From contig NGBS01000608.1 in the NCBI GenBank assembly GCA_002245135.1, positions 1 through 64,000 of the forward strand: a DNA stretch of 64,000 bases, read 5' to 3'. Shown here one piece after another: positions 15,217 to 29,200 of the stretch; the first letter of the stretch is position 1, and the number at the start of each line of letters is the position of its first letter. Under the pieces are notes generated by a model. The model was not told the DNA's origin. It ran no database searches and saw only the letters and a program-made list of their open reading frames with translations. The stretch is from Proteromonas lacertae (taxonomy: Eukaryota). The position numbers were made by a program, and so were the translations under genes.

Positions 15217-15822
15217 TCATACATCACAACCACTATCTCCATAAAGCTCTTCTAAGATATTTGATGATTCAATTCTGTATTCCTCACTATTATATATACT
15301 GCTGCTATTGAAAGTGAAGTTAAAATTATCATTTTCATTAATTGAAGTTGTATTTTCTAATTGCCTCTTTATTGATAAATAATTGCTTAATAACTCCTCA
15401 TATTCATCATTTCTTTTCTGTAACTTCTCTTTTAATGTTTTATTCTCTAACTTAAGTTTTTCAACCTCTAATAAATTTGCATCTTCTGTATTTATGTTAC
15501 ACAAATTCTTTCTTTTTATATTTACAAGTAAATCTTCTTGTCCTCTTCTAAATATAGTGTGGACAAATTCACAACTTTTGGTTGACTTTGTTGCGGTTGT
15601 AACTTTCTTAAATCCATAAAAATTCAATTGCCTAATGAAACTATTGAATTTTTTGGTTTTAAAATACTTTGGCATTAATTCTTTTGAGAATTTTATTATA
15701 TCAGTAACTATAATCCCATCTCCATCCTTGTTCCACTTGATAATATGTTCATTTTCATTTCTGAGCATTGTAACTATTTTACCTAAGAATGCTGGTGAGT
15801 TATTATGTAGAGTATCTTGCAT
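15217..15822 (-). CDS. HSF-type DNA-binding transcription factor
   Basis: PAFLGKIVTML...IIKW...PKYFKTKKFNSFIRQLNFYGFKK...EFVH..F.RG, followed by coiled coil; intronless. Confidence 0.93.
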   Translation of the reverse strand: MQDTLHNNSPAFLGKIVTMLRNENEHIIKWNKDGDGIIVTDIIKFSKELMPKYFKTKKFNSFIRQLNFYGFKKVTTATKSTKSCEFVHTIFRRGQEDLLVNIKRKNLCNINTEDANLLEVEKLKLENKTLKEKLQKRNDEYEELLSNYLSIKRQLENTTSINENDNFNFTFNSSSIYNSEEYRIESSNILEELYGDSGCDV

Positions 15823-15993
15823 TTTGCTGTATAAACAATTTTGTTATTGTTTCAAGCTTTTGCTCAAGCCGGAGTTAATAAAAATACAAAAAGGATGTAT
15901 TATTCCATATTGTATCTTTCAACCTTTTTTGTATTTCAGTTACACAAATAATCACATCAAAAAGATATAAACAAAACAATTATAACTTTTATC

Positions 15994-16684
15994 TTACATA
16001 AATACTACAAACAAGAAAACTATTAATAATGACACTCTATAGCTGGAAGCTAAATTCACTTTGAAACAACTATGAGTTTTATCATTATCATCAACTATTT
16101 GTATATCGTAACTATATATTAAAAAATCAAAATAAATGTAATACTCTTCAAAGAATGGAGGTTTTATATTATTCAATAAATTGGATATATTCTCATAATG
16201 ATAGGTGGGTAATATTGCAGTTCCATTTACTCTTAACCCACATTTATCTAAAGATGATTTACCATTACTTTGAACATCCCATATCTTTTCTGCAAATGAT
16301 TTGCATATATAAACCACTTTATCTTTATGATTGGTAGTATTTGACTATAATGTAATAATATTCTTCAATACATACTTCTAGACCATTACATCCATAACAG
16401 AAATAAAATCTTAAAAACCTGTTTTTGTTTCTACAAGCATCAACAATATAATCATTGTAGCCTAATTCATAAAAATATTACTTATACTATCTTTGATTAT
16501 TTCATCATGCACTGAAACACAACATGACATTCTAGTATCAGGATAACAAAATCTAAGTGTAGGATCAGCCTTAAAACAATATTTTCATCATATATACATC
16601 TTCAGGAGCTTTGTGTGTCAAACTACATTTTTCTTTGCTTTTCACAAAACAAATGAAGAGAAAACTTAAAAAAATGGTTTTCAT
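15994..16684 (-). CDS. Cys-rich secreted, probably GPI-anchored folate-receptor/NPC1-NTD-like protein
   Basis: Signal peptide MKTIFLSFLFICFV; FC...SCC...HD..I; FCYGC; ICKSFAEKIW; hydrophobic C-terminus; 4 introns. Confidence 0.6.
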
Positions 16685-16754
16685 GTTTTATCGAAATTAT
16701 ATTTTGAGAACCCCATAAGAAAATAATGGGAAATTAATAGAAATTTCTGAGAAA

Positions 16755-17433
16755 ATGTCATTCTTCACAAGAACTATTAATGCTTATAAAAGATCGCTTA
16801 CTGTATATGATTTACCTAACCTATAGAATCGTCCATTTTTAACAAATGTGTTTGTTGTTTCAGGTTTTATGTTTTTTGGTGATATAGCTGCTCAGAAGAT
16901 TAAAAATCATCGTAATATTAAGGTATAATAATATTAAAATAGTTGATCACAAACCAAAGCCAATTGATTGGGTAAGAAGTGTAGAAATGGGTATTTGGGG
17001 TTGTTTAGTAGCTCCTCCTTTGACAGCATGGTATAGGATTCTAGGTAAGTTTTTTGATGTAAGAAAATACAAAAGTCACATACTTGGTAAAGTAATATGT
17101 GATCAAATTATTTGGGCTCCTCTTAACATATTAACATATCTTTGTTATTGTTCTTTAATTAATCATCCAACAGATTTTGAAGGAATGAAGAATAAATTAA
17201 AAGCTCAATATTTACCAGTAATGAAGACAAATTACTGTGTTTGGCCTTTTGCTCAACTCGTTAATTTCAGTCTTATTCCAGTACAAATATCTTTTTTTAA
17301 TAAGTATTCTATGAATTAGTATATTTTAATCTATGTTGTTTACCATCAAGTTTTATTTGTTCAATTTTGTTCGTTATTATGGTCTGTTTATTTATGTTTC
17401 GTCGGAAATGAAGAAGTTAAAAAAGAAGAATAA
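16755..17433 (+). CDS. Mpv17/PMP22 family membrane protein
   Basis: RPFLTN...GDIAAQ, DWVRS, KVICDQIIWAP, NYCVWPFAQLVNFSLIP. Confidence 0.9.
17287..17343 (+). other. U12-type AT-AC intron (57 nt)
   Basis: 5' ATATCTTTT, branch-like TTTTAAT, 3' TAC. Gives gapless LIPVQ|HQVLFVQ. An in-frame GT-AG alternative (17281-17319) exists but adds 6 residues. Confidence 0.65.
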
Positions 17434-17492
17434 TTATTAATTTACTGTTTGTTATTGTTGTTTTAATATATATATCTTTAAATGTTGTGCTT

Positions 17493-17798
17493 TTATTGTA
17501 AATTTTCTAACAAATCCATTAGACTTGAATCTTTTATCTTTACACTTTCTTTTAATTTGAATAACAACTCATAATACTTCCCATCTTTATTATGGCATTT
17601 CATAGTATTTATAGCTTTTTCAACCATTCCTTTATATTTCTTTTTCATTCTCTCATTAAATTCAATAGAGTCTGCTGGAAATAACCATTCTACCACTTCA
17701 TTATAATTTTCATTACTATAATTGAAATGATTAAGATAATATGAAATATAACACCTTGTTTCTAAAAATGGAACTTCTGCTTTACAGAATCGCTTTAT
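17493..17798 (-). CDS. Gene A: one truncated OGFr-N-like domain; upstream exons toward ~18070 are degenerate
   Basis: IKRFCKAEVPF...YYLN...VVEWLFPADSIEF...LFKLKESVK; paralogous to ORF 18626. Confidence 0.55.
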   Translation of the reverse strand: MKRFCKAEVPFLETRCYISYYLNHFNYSNENYNEVVEWLFPADSIEFNERMKKKYKGMVEKAINTMKCHNKDGKYYELLFKLKESVKIKDSSLMDLLENLQ

Positions 17799-18223
17799 CT
17801 ATTATATATATATATATTATACTATTTCTTTTTTCTCTATTGAATAACTATCTTTTTTACAAATCTTTATTCTTTTCCTTTCTTCATTGCATGTTGAGTC
17901 TATTTCCGTTAAAAATATCATTTCTTCTTTTCTGAGGAGTTGGTTCTTCTTCGAATGAGACTGATTGAAGTTATTAATCAATTTTATACTATTCAAATCA
18001 GATATTATATTATTCAGTTATTAATCGATATTATATTATCGATTTTATATTCGAATTTCACATTTTTCATTGCCTATTTGTAGATTTAACAACTACAGTA
18101 ACAACATAAGATGAGAAAGTAATAAACATACTTCATATTGGTGGTTATTTAACCATGTTGGAAATGGATTCATTTGTTTAGTATATCAAACAAATATTAC
18201 ATATATGAGCAAGATTTACAATT

Positions 18224-19333
18224 TTAAATTTTCAAATTATTCGAGCTTCGGCTTGATATTCTTTTATTTTTATTTATTAACATGCCATTATTATAAACTT
18301 TTTTAACAACTCCTTAAGGCTGAAATTAATTACTTTTATACTCTCATTTTAATCTCTTCTGCAATTCTAAAATTTTATCATACATCAGAAGAATTATCAA
18401 TAGTTATATATGGCTTTTTTCAATCCATTCTTTTAGTAATTTTCTTTCATTTGTATATCATTAAAATCATTTCTATCATATATTCAGCTGGGAAAAAGCC
18501 ATCTAATCACTTCATCATAATTACTAATTTTAAAATTGAAAATCTCTCATTATAATAATCTGAATATCACATGTGAGTGCTAGGAATAGACATACGACCA
18601 TTGTAAAAATTTATAATCTATACAATTATAAACAAAATAATCTTACATCTTCTTTTCTTATTTCAGCTGGATTTATATCATTATTATTATCTTGATTTTG
18701 AATTTGAGTCAGAATATTATCTATTTCACTTACATTTTCTTTTAAATCTGGACAAATTTTATTAACACTTCCACGAATTCTGAACAATAATTCAATGGCT
18801 TTCTTATGATTTGGAGATGATAATGCTACATCACAACCTTTTTCTACCATTTTTAAATATTTATCTTTAGTCTTTTCATCAAAACCAATATATTCTGTTG
18901 GAAACAGCCACTCTATTACTTCATCATATTTCTCAATATTAAAATTGAAATTACCTAAATAATATGTTATATGGTAAGTAGTATTAGGGATTTGAACAGT
19001 CTCCACTGTAAATTTTTATAATCTATATAATAAAAATACAAATTATATGTCTTACCATATCTTTATCTATTCCTCCTAATTTATAACTACTACGATTGTC
19101 TAAATTGTTTCTAATGTTATCTTTTTCTCTATTGTTATGTCTATAATCATTATCATAATTTACTTCATTATTATTTCTATTCTTGTTGTTATGAACATGT
19201 CGTTTTGGAGTTAATGGCCTAATCTCTTGATAGTGAAGGTATACCTTCCATTTTTACTTCGGATAAATGGATAATATTTTGTTTCATCATCTTTAGAATC
19301 CCAGTTATTGGGTACACTAATAATGAGTGACAT
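18224..19333 (-). pseudogene. Gene B: two OGFr-N-like domains with frameshifts (pseudogene or assembly errors)
   Basis: ATG 19333; IIKIYSG/..VIEWLFPTEY; second copy IINFYNGRMSIP...WLFP has stops and shifts. Confidence 0.55.
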
Positions 19334-19493
19334 TTATCAAATATCTTCTCAATTAACTATATTTCTATTATAACTATAGCTAATAATGTTGTTGTATTTT
19401 TGAATAAACTAATAGAGTTTTTCTTCTATGTAAAAACAATCAAAATCTATCAAGCCAAAAGCTTGATATGTTTATGTAATTATTTTTCTAAAC

Positions 19494-21691
19494 ATGTCTC
19501 AGAAGAATGATACTATAATAAAAAGGCTTGGTAGTGGTACATATGGAGTTGTATATTTGGTAAAACATAACAATGAAGAAGTATCAAGAAAAGATATAAA
19601 AGTTGATAAATCAGATCCAAAGAGTGTAGAAAGCTGTTTGAACGAGATAAATATATTGAATAGTTTAAGAGATAGAAATGTATTAATTTATAAAGGTTGT
19701 TGTTGTGATAAATCTACTTCTACATATTATTTATACACAGAATATATGAAGAATGGTGATTTATTTGATTATATAAAAAATAGAAGGATTCAAAAACAAG
19801 AATTTGGTTTATCTGAGATTAAAGAATTTGTAATAGATTTAGTCAGTGGATTGAAATATATTCATTCTAAAAGAATCATCCACAGAGATTTAAAACCTGC
19901 TAATATATTTATAGGAAATCATTATGAGTTAGTTATTGGTGATTTTGGTATATCAATGAATAAAAAGCTTGTAGATTATCAATTGATTGGAACAGCTGCA
20001 TATATTGCACCAGAACTATGGACATGCAGTCCACCTTCATATTCTGTAGCAAGTGATATATTTGCTTTAGGTTGTATTTTGTATGAGATATATACATTTA
20101 AAATGTGTTTTGATCGAATGAATAATATAGCAATTCGTAATTTGATATTAGATGATTATTATCAACCAGATTTCAACTGTAGAAAAGAAAAAATAGAACC
20201 AGTTAAAATTTTAATAACTGATATGTTAAAAAGAAAACCAGAGAAAAGAATCAGTTTAAGTGATATTGAAAATAGAATTAAGAATATGACATTAAAAAGA
20301 AGTAATTCAATGCCAGATGTTCTTAATAATCAAAATGAAAAAAAATATAATAAATTTATAGCAATTTCAAATAGAAATAACTCTGAAATAATACAAATTA
20401 ATAACAATTGTCGTAATTCCAAATCAATATCAATATCATCATCCTCCACCACCCCAACAACATTATCACTCTGCTGGAATTTATTATCAACAGAATTATC
20501 AACAGCCGTTTCAACTTAACCAGCAACAGCAACAACATTATCAATCTGACAATATAATCTATCAACAAAATCAATTTCGATCTCCTCCTCCTCCTCCTCC
20601 TCCACCACCACCACCACCATTACTGCTACAAAATATGCAATTCCAATTATCATCACCTCCTCCAATACACTATCATTCAAAGAAAAACAAAAAGAAAGAA
20701 AAGCAAAATAAAAAAAAGCAAAATAGGAAGAATAGAAGAGAATATAGTTCATCATCATCATCATCATCTTCAGAATCTGATGTAGAAATAGTAAAATCTG
20801 TAGATGATATAGATATACCAGATGAAATAGATGTATAATATATAATATATTAATTTTATATTTGAATAGATAATAAAGTTTTACTCAGGAAATAGTTGTT
20901 ATAAAGATAATGATTTAAACTTCTATTTGAATATGAGAGTTGATAAAAGTCAATCATATTTTAATGAAGATGATATAAAAGTATGAATCTAACGATTATA
21001 ATGAATAGTTCTTATTTCCAGAATTGAATGAATTTTCATTTACACAAAAGCAAAGAGATGAATTTATAAAGAATGATTTAATAAGATATTATTATTTTGA
21101 TTTAATCGTAATTGTAATAAAGGAAATATGGTTATATAATTCGAGATGATTTATCATTTGATAAAGATCCTGATTATTATGAGTATATTTATTCTGTTTA
21201 TTTATATAATAATGATAATAGAAAATGGAAAGGTAAAGAAGAAACAATGAAAATATTGAAAATGTTAAGAAGAAGTATAAAAGACACATTTAATGATAAT
21301 GAATATATAAATTTAATAGAAAAACTAATAAAGAATCGTATATAAAAACATATTTATATTAATTCTATAGAAACAGAAAAAAGATATGAAGATATGAAAA
21401 AAAATAATAATAGGATAATGAAAAGAAGTAAAAAAGAAAATTGTAATAAGAATAACTATGATAATATCGTTCTTAATTATGACAAAATAGAATTATGTGA
21501 TTCTGTGAAAAGAAAGAAAAATAGTGATGTTAGAATAGAAAATGGTGATGATAAAAATGGTATATTATTTATGTGTATATATTTTAGAAGAATCAAAAAG
21601 TATAAAAATTTCAATAATAGTTGTATATCTTACTGTAATGGCTTTTTGCTTATCAAAGATATTTTTATTTATAGGAATTTATGATAGTTAA
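19494..21691 (+). CDS. Gene C: NEK-like Ser/Thr kinase + P/Q-rich linker + OGFr-N-like domain + C-terminal TM tail
   Basis: GSGTYG, HRDLKPANIF, DFG, GTAAYIAPE. One frameshift near 20330-20420 and one near 21122. Exons IIKFYSGN...FLFPELNEF. Last exon EESKSIKISIIVVYLTVMAFCLSKIFLFIGIYDS*. Confidence 0.75.
20819..21378 (+). repeat. Inverted duplication, arm 1 (~560 bp)
   Basis: Reverse complement of 22662-23220, near-identical including introns. Confidence 0.95.
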
Positions 21692-21780
21692 TATGATAGT
21701 CATTTACCCATATGTTTATTTGTTACAACCCCCAAATTACATAATACAATAGAATGTTAATGCATTTACAAATTTAATTT

Positions 21781-23923
21781 CTACATAATAATACATCCAC
21801 CACTATGACTTTTAACTGATTCTCTACATTTTTCCAACCGATTTATTGTTTCATCATCGTTGTATATACTTTTTACACTTTTCTTCATTTGCTTCAATAT
21901 ATCACCTAAATTCTTATTATCTTTATATTTTCTATATCATTATATAAATAATAAATATACAACCAAATCTCTAAGTCAATTTTTGGTAATGAATTTCTAA
22001 TATCAAATCCGAATGTCTCAAGTATTCTATATAACAAACCATAATAATTACTTTTAATCATATTATCGTTTTTAAATTCATTTCTTTCGCAATCCTTCAT
22101 GTAATACTTCTCATCTTCAGAATCTTCAAAACATGGGTATAAAAACTATAAAATATTAATAAATACATAAAAGCAATGATATATATATATACTTTTCTAT
22201 TATCATATAGCCTATCAATGTTAGATAACCCATTATCAACATAATATTTAACATATCTTCCATAAAAAGGTGTTTTACCTTGATAAAATGTAATAATAGT
22301 AACTTCATCTGGCTTTTCGTAATTATCCAAATTATAATTATCTTGTTGATATTGTGGTGGATGATATGGCACTTCTACTATTGGTGGTGGTGGTTGTTGT
22401 TCTCCTTTCTATATCATCAGATGAAAAAAGATTTAAACTTTTTACACTATTCCATAGCCCAGATATAAAACCTGGATTATTATTATCATCATGTTTTTCC
22501 ATTCTTTTTTCTTTTTCTCTTACATTCTCATGATTATTTTCTTTGTCTTTCTTTTCCATTCTTTCATTATTGTCTTTTGGTTTTACAATTACTCCATCTT
22601 CTTTATTCTTATACACTTCTTGTTTTTGTTGTTGATATGATTTTATCTCTACTCTTTCTGGTTCTGTTTCTATAGAATTAATATAAATATGTTTTTATAT
22701 ACGATTCTTTATTAGTTTTTCTATTAAATTTATATATTCATTATCATTAAATGTGTCTTTTATACTTCTTCTTAACATTTTCAATATTTTCATTGTTTCT
22801 TCTTTACCTTTCCATTTTCTATTATCATTATTATATAAATAAACAGAATAAATATACTCATAATAATCAGGATCTTTATCAAATGATAAATCATCTCGAA
22901 TTATATAACCATATTTCTTTATTACAATTACGATTAAATCAAAATAATAATATCTTATTAAATCATTCTTTATAAATTCATCTCTTTGCTTTTGTGTAAA
23001 TGAAAATTCATTCAATTCTGGAAATAAGAACTATTCATTATAATCGTTAGATTTATACTTTTATATCATCTTCATTAAAATATGATTGACTTTTATCAAC
23101 TCTCATATTCAAATAGAAGTTTAAATCATTATCTTTATAACAACTATTTCCTGAGTAAAACTTTATTATCTATTCAAATATAAAATTAATATATTATATA
23201 TTATACATCTATTTCATCTGACAGTTTTACATTATCAGTACGTTTTATTTCTTCTACAGTAGGAGAATTATCAGAATCTGAAGAAGAAGATGATGATGAT
23301 GAACTATATATTTTTCGATTATTCTTTTTATTATCACCTCCCTTCTTGTTTCTCTTTGAATGATAGTTTATAGGAGGCGGAGGTGGAGGTGATGGTTGGA
23401 ATTGTTGTTTAAAAAGAGATGGTGGAGGATTTAACTGAGGTGGAGGAGGAGGAGGTGGTGGTTGGAATTGTGATTGCAGCTGTTGTTGTTGATATGAAGA
23501 TATTTGAGAATTGTTAAATGGATAATTTGGATGAATATTACCCTGACTAGGAAAGACTTGTAGTGGTTGTATTGGTTGTTGATACATTTGTTGTTGTGGA
23601 GGTTGAATTTGATAAGGTTGATATTGATTTGGATTTTGATAGGACATTGACAAATTTTGATTTGAAAGTAGTATATTACTATAACTATTAGAAGGTGTAA
23701 CTGTATTCGTATAGCTAGAAGGAACTTGAGTTACAGAACTATAATTAGTTGGCTGTGTATTATAATAAACATTAGATTGCGGTATTGACATACTCTTAGT
23801 ACCTACAGACAAATTTTGAGTATTATGAATTTGAATGAAGCGATTCATGGGTTGTGCATTTTGAGTTGGTGGTTGGTTTGAAGATTGGTAAATTATGTTG
23901 TTGCTTGGTTGTGTAGGTTGCAT
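21781..23923 (-). CDS. Gene D: P/Q-rich N-terminus + two OGFr-N-like domains + CaaX (CIIM)
   Basis: Spliced ORFs 23201, 22695, 22338, 22097, 21906; ends EKCRESVKSHSGGCIIM-TAG. Confidence 0.75.
22662..23220 (-). repeat. Inverted duplication, arm 2
   Basis: Matches 20819-21378 with only ~2 differences seen. Confidence 0.95.
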
Positions 23924-24286
23924 TATTTAAATTTTTCGACTTCTAATTGTTGTGTAAATTAAGAATATTTCTATCAAACCTTCAAGCCTTTTTTCTTTTT
24001 TAAGCTTAATCTCATCTGCTAAGCTTCATAAAGCTATAAAGTTATGATAAATAAATTAAAAATGTTTAATTTGGCATAACATAGATATGAAGGTTGTTTT
24101 TAGAAAATGTAAATAATTTTGACTAAAATTAATGCTTCAGGTTCTATGTTTATATAAAAATTCTTCATTTGTGTTTCTTTTTAGTTTATATCATTGAAAT
24201 TCATAATTATGTAATATTTTAACTGTTTTTACATAAATTACTAAAATTGGGGATTTAACGAAAATTTTCAAATTTTTATTTTTAGA

Positions 24287-27200
24287 ATGAGCTATAAGAC
24301 AGATGAAATTATAAAAACAATAGGCAAAGGGAGTTTTGGAGATGTATATTTGGTAATTAATAATGGCTGTGAATTGGCTAGAAAGGATATTAAGGCAAGT
24401 AGTTCAGATATGAGTGAGGTACATCACGAAATTGATCTTTTGAAAAAATTAAGGGATAGAAATGTAGTAATATACAAATATGACTTTTATGATAAAGAGA
24501 GTGGCATTTATCATATCTACACTGAATATTTTGCCAAAGGTGATTTATATAATAGTATTAAACAGCATAGAGATAGTAGAAGTGATTTTAATGAAAAAGT
24601 ATATTTTTGTTTTACATTTTCTTTACATAGACTATTATAAGTAGTATTAGAGACTTAGTCAGTGGATTGAAGTATATTCATTCACAAGGAATTATTCATA
24701 GAGATCTAAAACCAGCCAATATATTTATAGGCATTCATAATGAATTAGTTATAGGTGATTTTGGAATATCAATAAAAAAGAATGTAGATAATAGCAATCA
24801 TTTAATTGGAACAGCTGGATATGTAGCTCCAGAACTATGGACAAGTAATCCACCATCATACACACCAGCAAGTGATATATTTGCTTTAGGTTGTATAATA
24901 TATGAAATCTACAGTTTGAATTTATGTTACTGTGGTAATACATCAGCTGTAATTCGTAGTTTGATAATAAATCCGAAATATAAACCTCAGTTTCATAGAT
25001 ATACGTCAAGAAATAAAGCAATAGAAGAATTAATAATGAAGATGTTAGAAAGAGATCCAATGAAAAGAATTAAATTAACAGAAATAACAAATTTTATTAA
25101 TTCAAATAGTTTTGCTATTGATAATATACAGGAAACTCAATTTATAGATGTTAATGAGATGACACCTTTACAACCTCAGCAAATACAATCAGTTCCAATA
25201 CAGCCACCACCTCTTTCTCAACCATCTCAATTACCACGACAAGTACAATCTCAACAACAAATGCCAATACAACAGTTACAATTTCAGCCACCACCACTTC
25301 CTATACCAATTCAACAACCAGTATATAATAATCCCTATAATCAATATCAAATAACTCCACCTCCTTTTTATATTCCAGGTCAATCGTTTCAATTGAATTA
25401 TCAACAACAACAACAAACACAACAACAATATTATATGATGAATCAAAATACAGTATATTCAAATCAACCTACTCCACAACCACCTCAACCTCCACCAAAT
25501 ATATATCATCAACAACAACAGCAGCAACAACAACAACAACAATATCAAACTAAATGTGATGAAGAAGAAGATGAGGAGGAGGAAGAGGAAGAAGAAGAAT
25601 CAAGTGAAGAAGAAGAAGAGACTAATAAAAGACATAGAAATCATCATCATTATAAACATAAACATAAACATAATCACAGTAAATCTCATAAATCAGATAG
25701 TAATGATAATGAAGAAGTAGAAAGGGATGTAAGAAAAGAAAAAGGTGTAAAAGATGTAAGTGAAAAAGATGTTAAAAGTAATATGAAAAAAGATATAAAG
25801 AGTGAAGTTAACAGTGAAATGAGAAATCATTTATCAAATGTATAACTATTATGATATACTTCATATAGATATGTGAATTTTACAGAGGTAATTTTTCATT
25901 CAAAGGAAGAAAGATTATACAATATTTTCAATTAGATTTCAAAGATTTACTGGATATTGATTTTTATGGTGATAAATATGTATTATATAGTTTTATTATT
26001 TATATTGAAATAGTTTTATTTCCCAACGCTCAATCAAACAATATTTCCTTTTACCATAGATAATAGAAGCAGTATAGTGATTTTTTTAAATTTATAATAT
26101 AGCATTTAATAATGATGATATAATAAAAATTAATTATGAAAATCTTGTTGAAACTGCATTAAACAAATATGGTTATGAAGCAGAAAAGTATCCAGGAATA
26201 GTACATTCAAAAGGGTTTGATATGTTTAAAGGAAGAGATGAAACAATTAAAATGTTTCAACAAATAAGAAAATCTATTGAAGATATATACAATAATAAAT
26301 ACTACTTGGATATGATTGATGAATATATAGCTGAACGTATCTTTATTGATGTTATATATAATAGAATATGCTAGTAAGTATGAAAATGAACAGCCAGTTG
26401 TTGAAAATAGATATGAAAGATCTCCAATTATTGATTATTATGAAAATGAAAGAATTATATTAGGATATAAAATCAAAGATTTATCTAAACTAAAAAAAGA
26501 TGAATTTAGAAGAGAATGGAATGAGAATTATTATAAAGTATATTTTGTGTATGTTTATATCTTGTAGTGGATATTTCCTACTATTAGTCAAGAAGATCCA
26601 TCATTTACATTTGAAGATTTACAAATTCTAAAGAATAACAAAAATACTAAAGATATTTATAGAACAGTAATTCAGAAGATATTAGTACTTCATGGAATTG
26701 ATATTAAGAAAAATCAAAATTATAATTTGAATAAACAACACTCTTCAATATTGATAAATCAGATAGAAAGAATATCTCCATTTTTAGATTTAATGGAAGA
26801 TCAAGAATATTCAAATATGTTAGAATCGATTGAATATTCATTGAAAGGCATTATAGATGCAGATGAAGCAAAAACTGTTGTATTTTATTTAATTGTTATA
26901 ATATTTTAGAGTGATTTTCTTTTTTTTAATAAACCATTGAATGGATATACAATTACTGAAATTGAAGCAATGACTGCTGAACAGTTTTATGAGTTTGATA
27001 TTGATAAATATTTACCAGTATAATTCATTACTATTTCTTTTTATCATTTAGTGGATTTTTCCTAATTCGATTCAAGAATATCCTAAAGTATCACAGGAAG
27101 ATAAACATAGTATGATTTATTTGCAGTTTAACAAATTAATAGATATTGACTTACATTCTATGTCAATTATGGATATAACAAGAGATATTATTATTAAAAT

Positions 27201-29018
27201 ATTTCTGAAGTGTGGATTGAAAATATTAGACTATTCTACAGCTATTACTGGATGTAATAAAGATTGGATTAATAATTATGAAAAGCTGAAAGGATTATTG
27301 GATAAAGCAACTGTTTTTCATACAGAAACAACAAATAATCAATCAATTTTAGCATGGCTAAAAGAAGTTTGTCAAAATTTGAATGATTATTATTTAATAG
27401 CCAATGCAAAAGAATAATAACATATCAAATAGTTATGAATCAATAGTATAATTCATTACTTTAATTATTTAGTCTGATTTTCTGAGTAATAAAACTGCTT
27501 TCTATGGTTATAAATATAATGATCTAGTTAATAGTGATCAGATTCATTTCAATCAGTATGAAATTGATCCATTATTGCGTTACATATTTCCACTAGAAGA
27601 AGATGGATTTCTAACGGATGAAGATAAGAAATGTATAAACATTTTTATATACTTTTTGAATAGATATTAGTGATAATATTCATTCTCTAACTGTTAAGTC
27701 ACATATATTATATGATAAAATAAAAATAAGATATGGAGTTAATGTAAATCTACATAACAATTCAATTAATATTACTAAATATGAATTGGTTGGCAATACA
27801 AAAACTTCTATATTGATTTATTTACAAGAATAACATCTTTTTTTAATTCAATAAAATCAAATAGATGTGATGAAGTGCAAAATATATTAAACTACAATTT
27901 AGATAGTGATATATGTGAAGAAAAACGAGTATTATTATATTTAATCTTTCAATTAGATATTGATGTTTTATCAAGGAGAAACACATTTAACTAATGGATA
28001 TAATATACATAAATTCTTCAGTATGTCACAAAGAGAATGCTATGAATTCGATTTTAACTCATATTTATTTGTATATTTGATTATTTGATTATGATATGAA
28101 ATAGACATTAATGCCTATAGTTGGTCAAGAACACCCAAGATTTACTGAAAGTGATAAGCAAAGTATTGAATTACTATGTTATATTATGAAATAGTATTTT
28201 TACATGATGAAACAGTAAAATATAGATATAAAAGATTGTACAGAAAATACTATATCATTGTTCATTAAATTTTGATGATTTTTCAGGAAGAATCACAACA
28301 ATTATATCAAATACATTTAATACACCGATTAAAGATATTGATAAGGATTATTACTTAATCGAATAAAAGAAAGTGTAATATCAATATATAATGATAAAGC
28401 ATTGCCAATAATGATTGATACTTATCAATTGCATCCAGTATTTTTCTTTATTATGTTATATTTATAGTCAGTTTCTTTTTATTTAGGTGGATTTAAAGTC
28501 AGAGGCAAATATATTCATGAGAGTATAGAATATGAATATGTTTATTTTGATGTGAAAGAAGAAATTAATGTATATCACTTATAGATTATATATTCTTTAG
28601 ATATTTTTGCCAATATTAGGAGAAGGAAACCCTGCTTTTTCTTATGAAGATATTGAACAATTCCGAAATAATAATGAAATGAAGGATCGTTATTACAAAA
28701 TGATTATTAAATTGTTATCAACAATGAATTTAATTCAAGTAAATATTCACAGTCAAATAATTCAGAATGATCATGTCAATATTAATGAAGATGAAATGCG
28801 CATGTTAATAAGAATGAGAAATTCTCTAGAACATATATTTCCTTATGCAAGTGAGTATATAAGTCAGTTAGAAACTTTTATATCGAAAGGTATTAATAGT
28901 ATTTATTAACAATGCGACTGGTCTGTTATAATCTCTAGATTCTTTAATTTTGAAATTTTTTATCATTTTTATATGTTTATATGTGTTTCTACGTTTAGTA
29001 CAAACAATTTTCATATAA
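24287..29018 (+). CDS. Gene E: NEK-like kinase + P/Q and acidic linker + ~6 OGFr-N-like domains + C-terminal TM
   Basis: GKGSFG, HRDLKPANIF, DFG, APE. Repeats with FYFP/WIFP/YIFP/FLP cores. Last exon DSLILKFFIIFICLYVFLRLVQTIFI*. Frameshifts ~27.8-28.4 kb. Confidence 0.7.
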
Positions 29019-29200
29019 AATGTCTATAATCATCATTCTAGAAACATATCTAAAATTACTAAAAAAAGAGTCGTTAACCGTTAGCACATCTTTAGCATTT
29101 TCGTTATTATATCCTGCTCATTTTGATATAATTCTTTCACCAGAATTTTCAATAAATCAGATTACACACAGTATACCTTTCAAATATTCAATCAAGACAA

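Noticed and set aside
16923..16942. Possible 20 nt intron in Mpv17
   Set aside because: It gives the wrong frame; 16923-16959 (37 nt) restores it.
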